12,416 nt of DNA, from NCBI GenBank assembly GCA_002269645.1, contig NIVC01005266.1, positions 1 to 12,416 on the forward strand, written 5' to 3'. The notes under the pieces are model-generated. The model was not told the origin of the DNA. It made no database searches and worked only from the letters and a program-made list of their open reading frames with translations. Positions 8,954-12,416 of the stretch are shown piece after piece. The position numbers and the translations under genes are program-made. The stretch comes from Macrostomum lignano. Its lineage: Eukaryota. Numbering within the stretch: position 1 is the first letter of the stretch; every line of letters starts with the position of its first letter.

Positions 8954-9486
8954 GATAATAAGAGAGAGAATAGATGAGGGATAAGAGCATCCAGAGGAAA
9001 TAGAAGAGAGGGGAGTGTAGAGGAGAACAAAAGAGTGAGATGGGGGATGAGAAATGAGAGAGGAGGGGAGAGAGAAGAGAGGAGAAAAGAGGGGAGAAAG
9101 GAGACAGGAGAGAGTACAGAAGAAAGACCAGGGAGAAGATTTAAATAAGGTAGTAGAGATGAGAGGAGAGAGAGGAGAGAGAAGCGAAAGGAGAAGAAAG
9201 AGAGGAGAGCGGAGAGAGATGAAAGATCAGAGATAAGAGAGTGTAGAGAGGAAAGTAGTGAGGAGAGGAGAGATGAGAGATGCGATAAAAAGAGATGAGT
9301 GAGAACATAAGAGAGAAGAGATTAGAGATTAGAGAAGAGAGGGGAGAAGATGACAGGAGCAATGAAGAGGATAGAAAAGAGAGAAGAGAAGAGACAGGGG
9401 ATAGTGGAAAGGAGTAAAGAAGGATATGAGACAAGAAAGTAGAGTGTGAGAGCGTATATGAGATATGAGAAATGAGAGCAGAGAGG

Positions 9487-9518
<32 letters not shown>

Positions 9519-9792
9519 GGTTAAGAGAGACGATAGATAAGTGAGTAGAGATGACATATGAGAGAGGAGAGAAGAAGGAGAGATAAGAGAGAAGAGAGGA
9601 GACAAGAGACAGAAGTGAAGAGGAGAGATATGAGAGAAGAGAGGAGACAAGAGACAGGAGAGGGTACAGACGAAAGACGAGGGAGAAGACATAAATAAGG
9701 AAGTAGGGGTAGAGATGAGATGAGAGAGAGGAGAGAGAAGAGAGTCACGATAATAACAAAGAGAGGAGAGAGGAGATATGAGAGACATGAAA
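8943..9792 (+). repeat. GA-rich polypurine tract, type Y (U3)
   Basis: Near-identical to 3960-4804. Confidence 0.95.
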
Positions 9793-9910
9793 GTCTTTGA
9801 GCTATGGTCTTTAAAAGGTTTTGCAAAAAAATTGGAGAAGATTTGGAAGATAGGGTTCAAGACATGGAATTTCAGTTGATGGATATTTCAGGAAATGGAA
9901 TTCCGGTGAT

Positions 9911-10045
9911 GGAAGTTCTTCCCCTTTCACCTCCGAAGGAGGAGTTCCACTCGTATATACTAAAGTTGACGCGTTGTTTGTCTGTCTGTATGTCTGTCTG
10001 TATGTCTGTCTGTATGTCTGTCTGTCATTTCGACAACTCCTCCTT
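9911..10045 (+). other. Unit junction (U3/U4)
   Basis: GGAAG-TT-CTTCC (9911-9922), TTT (9925-9927), hairpin 9928-9944, inverted repeat 9936-9946 / 10035-10045. Confidence 0.85.
9980..10026 (+). repeat. (GTCTGTCTGTAT)3 + GTCTGTCTGTC microsatellite, U4
   Basis: Same allele as U2. Confidence 0.95.
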
Positions 10046-10341
10046 GAATAGTGCCAACTCAGCGTTGAAACTTATATGGGAAGATTGGAAATTATCCGAG
10101 GTCGCTATAGGCTATTTTAATTCTGAAATTTTAATTTCTAAGATCCTCAAAAAAGCAGAAAACTTGAATCTTGACCTTTGATAATCCTAATTGTCCCCTC
10201 TTTCTGCTTGGAGCTGAAAAATGCATGAATTTTTAGTGATTGCGCCACAACTTTTCCCTATCTCTGTAGTGTATTTTCTTTCCAGTGGGGTTGGGAGAGT
10301 TCTCAGTGGCTGCGTGTGTACACTTGGACCCTGGCTCACTG

Positions 10342-10850
10342 GCTGACTGTATAGATAATTGCGCAATGATATGGCTACTGATAAGTTTTCCTGCCTTTCA
10401 ATGGGCAGCCCTGTGTATTTGTTGGACATTGAATTCAATGCATCAACTTGCAAGCAGGCAGTCAACGTACACTCGATACTTCAATGCAATAAATCAGACA
10501 GTTTTAAACGCTAACTGTTCCTCGAGTTTTAAACTTTGATAGGAGAAACTGATATTGCTGGAAAGATCTTGCAACGCTGAGTTCGGGGATATAAGTTGTT
10601 TGCTTTAAATATGAAAAGAAAAAGCACAGCATTTGAAAAACTATTTCCATACTTTTAACTTGCTGCAAAGATTGTACTCAGTTTTGCGAGACGTAATAGA
10701 TAAATCTGGGGAGGGTTCAACTTCTCACTGCTGCTGTGTATTGGAGGGTTGATTTAGATTGCGCAATGCTTTTGTTAACTTTAACTGAGACTGATACTGA
10801 CTGACTGTGAAAATCGGTTGCGCAATGAATTGATTCAATTAGTTCAATCA
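10342..10850 (+). repeat. One central subrepeat plus remnant, U4
   Basis: Anchor at 10445; matches U2. Confidence 0.88.
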
Positions 10851-10882
10851 GTTGTCTTTTAACACGATGCTGTGCGTAGTTC

Positions 10883-10904
10883 TAACCCTAACCCTAACCT
10901 ACCA
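10883..10904 (-). repeat. Short interstitial telomere-like tract
   Basis: (TAACCC)2 TAACCT ACCA on +. Confidence 0.88.
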
Positions 10905-10930
10905 ATGAATCCGGAGAGTTGAAGTTGTTT

Positions 10931-11103
10931 GACGGAAAAAATTCGATTAAGTCCAGTTTAGCGAGAGACGATTTCAATGTTTTAATTTTGACGGAGAGGA
11001 TTTCTGTTTCGTGGAGAGGATTTCGATGGTGTTCAGTTTCACGGAGAGGATTTCGATGGTTTCAGTTGCACGGACAGGATTTCTGCTTTGCGGAGAGGAT
11101 CTT
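10931..11103 (+). repeat. 30/20-bp minisatellite, U4
   Basis: Matches U2. Confidence 0.9.
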
Positions 11104-11129
11104 GATAGATTTGGCATCTTCAATTAGTC

Positions 11130-11960
11130 AGAGAAGAGAGTAAAGAGAAGAATGAAAAGAGAAGAGAGATGAGATGATAGAAAACAGAGTAGAAATGAGT
11201 GGAGAGATTAGACATGACAGATGGGAGAGAAGAGGGAGTAAGGCGGAACGAAGGAGAGAGAAGAGAAGAGGAGAGAGGAGATGAAGGAAGAGGATATGAG
11301 AGAGAAGATATGAGATAGAAGAGAGGAGACAGGACAGAGAAGAAAAGAGGGATAAGAGCGCACAGAGGCAATAGAAGAGAGGAAAGAGAGGAGAGAGGTG
11401 AGAGTTGAGAGGAGAGAGATGAAATCAGAGATCAGAGATTTGAGAGAAGAAAGTAGTGAGGAGAAAGAAGAGGGTAAAGATGAGAGTGCAGAGAGGAGAG
11501 AAACGAGAGGAGACAGGTGGTAGAAAGGAGTGTAAAAACAGGAGATAAAAAGGAGAGAGGAGAGTGAGAGCATATAGGAAAGTGTAAAAGGGGAGCAGAG
11601 TAGAGAGAATAGATAAGTGAGTAGAGAAGAGATATGAGAGAGGAGAGACGAGGGGAGAGAGGAGACAGGAGAGAGTAAATTTGAAGACCTGGAGAAGAGA
11701 TAAATAAGATAGTACAGATGAGAGGAGAGAGATGAGAGATGCAAATAGAAAAGAGATAAGTGAGAAAAGAGAGAGAGAGAGATTTGAGAAGAGAGGGGAA
11801 AAGATGAGAGGAGAAAGGAAAGGGGAGAAGAAAAAATGGAGAGGAGAGAAAAGAAGGTGACAAGAGACGGTAGTAAGGAGGGCAGAAAGATGGAAGATAA
11901 GAAAGGAGAGGGTGATATGAAAGATATGAGATATGAGAAATGAGAGCAGAGACATGAGAG
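11130..11960 (+). repeat. GA-rich polypurine tract, type Z (U4), divergent
   Basis: Shares motifs with X and Y, but in a different order. Confidence 0.93.
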
Positions 11961-12087
11961 TCCGAGTCTGGACAATGCCAGTGAGTTTTGCAAATAGGGA
12001 AAAAGATATCCGGTAATTGAAATGCATTGTAGAGGATTTGGAGATGATTTGGAAGATGGGATTCAAGTCATGGAATTTCAGCCTGAT

Positions 12088-12243
12088 GGGAAGTTCTTCC
12101 CCTTCAGAATTCCAGTGATGGGAGTTCTTCCCTTTCTCCTCCAGAGGAGGAGTTCCACTCGTATATATACTAAAGTTGACGTGTTGTTTGTCTGTCTGTC
12201 TGTGTGTGTGTGTGTGTGTGTGTCATTTCGACAACTCCTCCTT
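12088..12243 (+). other. Unit junction (U4/U5), divergent variant
   Basis: GGGAAG-TT-CTTCCC (12088-12101), GGGAGTTCTTCCC (12120-12132), TTT, CTCCTCC-AGA-GGAGGAG (12136-12152), AACTCCTCCTT (12233-12243). Confidence 0.85.
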
Positions 12244-12416
12244 GAATAGTGGCAACTCAGCGTTGAAACTTATATGGAGATTGGAAATTATCCGAAGGTC
12301 GGCTATAGGCTATTTTAATTCTGAAATTTTAATTTCTAAGATCCTCAAAAAAGCAGAAACGGCGGTCTTGACCTTTGATAATCTTAATTGTCCCCTCTCT
12401 GCTTGGAGCTGAAAAT
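12133..12416 (+). mobile_element. Unit U5 (3'-truncated by the window); start of the conserved core
   Basis: TTT-CTCCTCC-AGA-GGAGGAG (12133-12152), GTCT/GT microsatellite, and core sequence matching the other units. Confidence 0.45.
12190..12224 (+). repeat. (GTCT)3 followed by (GT)n microsatellite, U5
   Basis: Read directly. Confidence 0.95.

Larger units (their letters stand above)
7286..9924 (+). mobile_element. Unit U3 (2639 bp); near-identical copy of U1
   Basis: Matches U1 along its length, differing mostly by 1-2 bp indels. TTT at 7286-7288, hairpin at 7289-7305. Confidence 0.5.
6254..11237 (+). repeat. Copy 2 of a recent ~4.98 kb tandem duplication
   Basis: Near-identical to 1282-6253. 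Identity with the 5-kb-offset sequence breaks down left of about 1268 and right of about 11237. Confidence 0.85.
9925..12132 (+). mobile_element. Unit U4 (2208 bp); U2-like left half with a divergent GA tract (type Z) and divergent 3' end
   Basis: Near-identical to U2 up to about 11237, then a diverged and rearranged purine tract. Two 3' hairpin copies at 12088-12101 and 12120-12132. Confidence 0.5.
1..12416. repeat. Tandem array (macrosatellite-like) of 2.2-2.6 kb composite units; four complete and two partial copies
   Basis: The anchor CCACTCGTA recurs at 2330, 4959, 7308, 9947 and 12155 (spacings 2629, 2349, 2639, 2208). Module order is the same in every unit. Confidence 0.97.

Noticed and set aside
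1283-12066. Long Ser/Leu-rich minus-strand ORFs (up to 332 aa) and Arg/Glu-rich plus-strand ORFs
   Set aside because: They are translations of the GA/CT tracts, which are poor in stop codons. They overlap in several frames, and their frames and ends change between near-identical copies.
1-12416. Autonomous Helitron/Helentron, retroelement or TIR transposon
   Set aside because: There is no Rep/helicase, RT or transposase ORF. I see no canonical TC...CTRR ends, long terminal inverted repeats, LTR/PBS pair, poly(A) tail or target-site duplication.

Overview
This window holds no credible protein-coding or RNA gene. It looks like eukaryotic, probably animal, repetitive DNA: a head-to-tail array of 2.2-2.6 kb composite units. 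The units are U0 (1-2307, partial), U1 (2308-4936), U2 (4937-7285), U3 (7286-9924), U4 (9925-12132) and U5 (12133-12416, partial). Each unit has the same module order. It opens with TTT plus a CTCCTCC-nnn-GGAGGAG hairpin, then a GTCT microsatellite and a conserved core of about 390 bp. Next come 1-2 copies of a 460-490 bp subrepeat, a short (TAACCC)n tract, a 30/20-bp minisatellite and a 0.8-1 kb polypurine tract. It ends with a GG(G)A(A/G)GTTCTTCCC hairpin. This layout resembles non-autonomous Helentron-associated elements (HINE/DINE-1/pearl type) joined end to end at TTT. That call is an inference from structure, and I could not find a clear 3' subterminal inverted repeat. The apparent 5-kb higher-order period is best explained by one recent tandem duplication of about 4.98 kb, or by an assembly artefact. 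U2 is a chimera of U4-left and U0-right, with the switch inside about 15 bp (6239-6253). All ORFs in the supplied track are by-products of the repeats.
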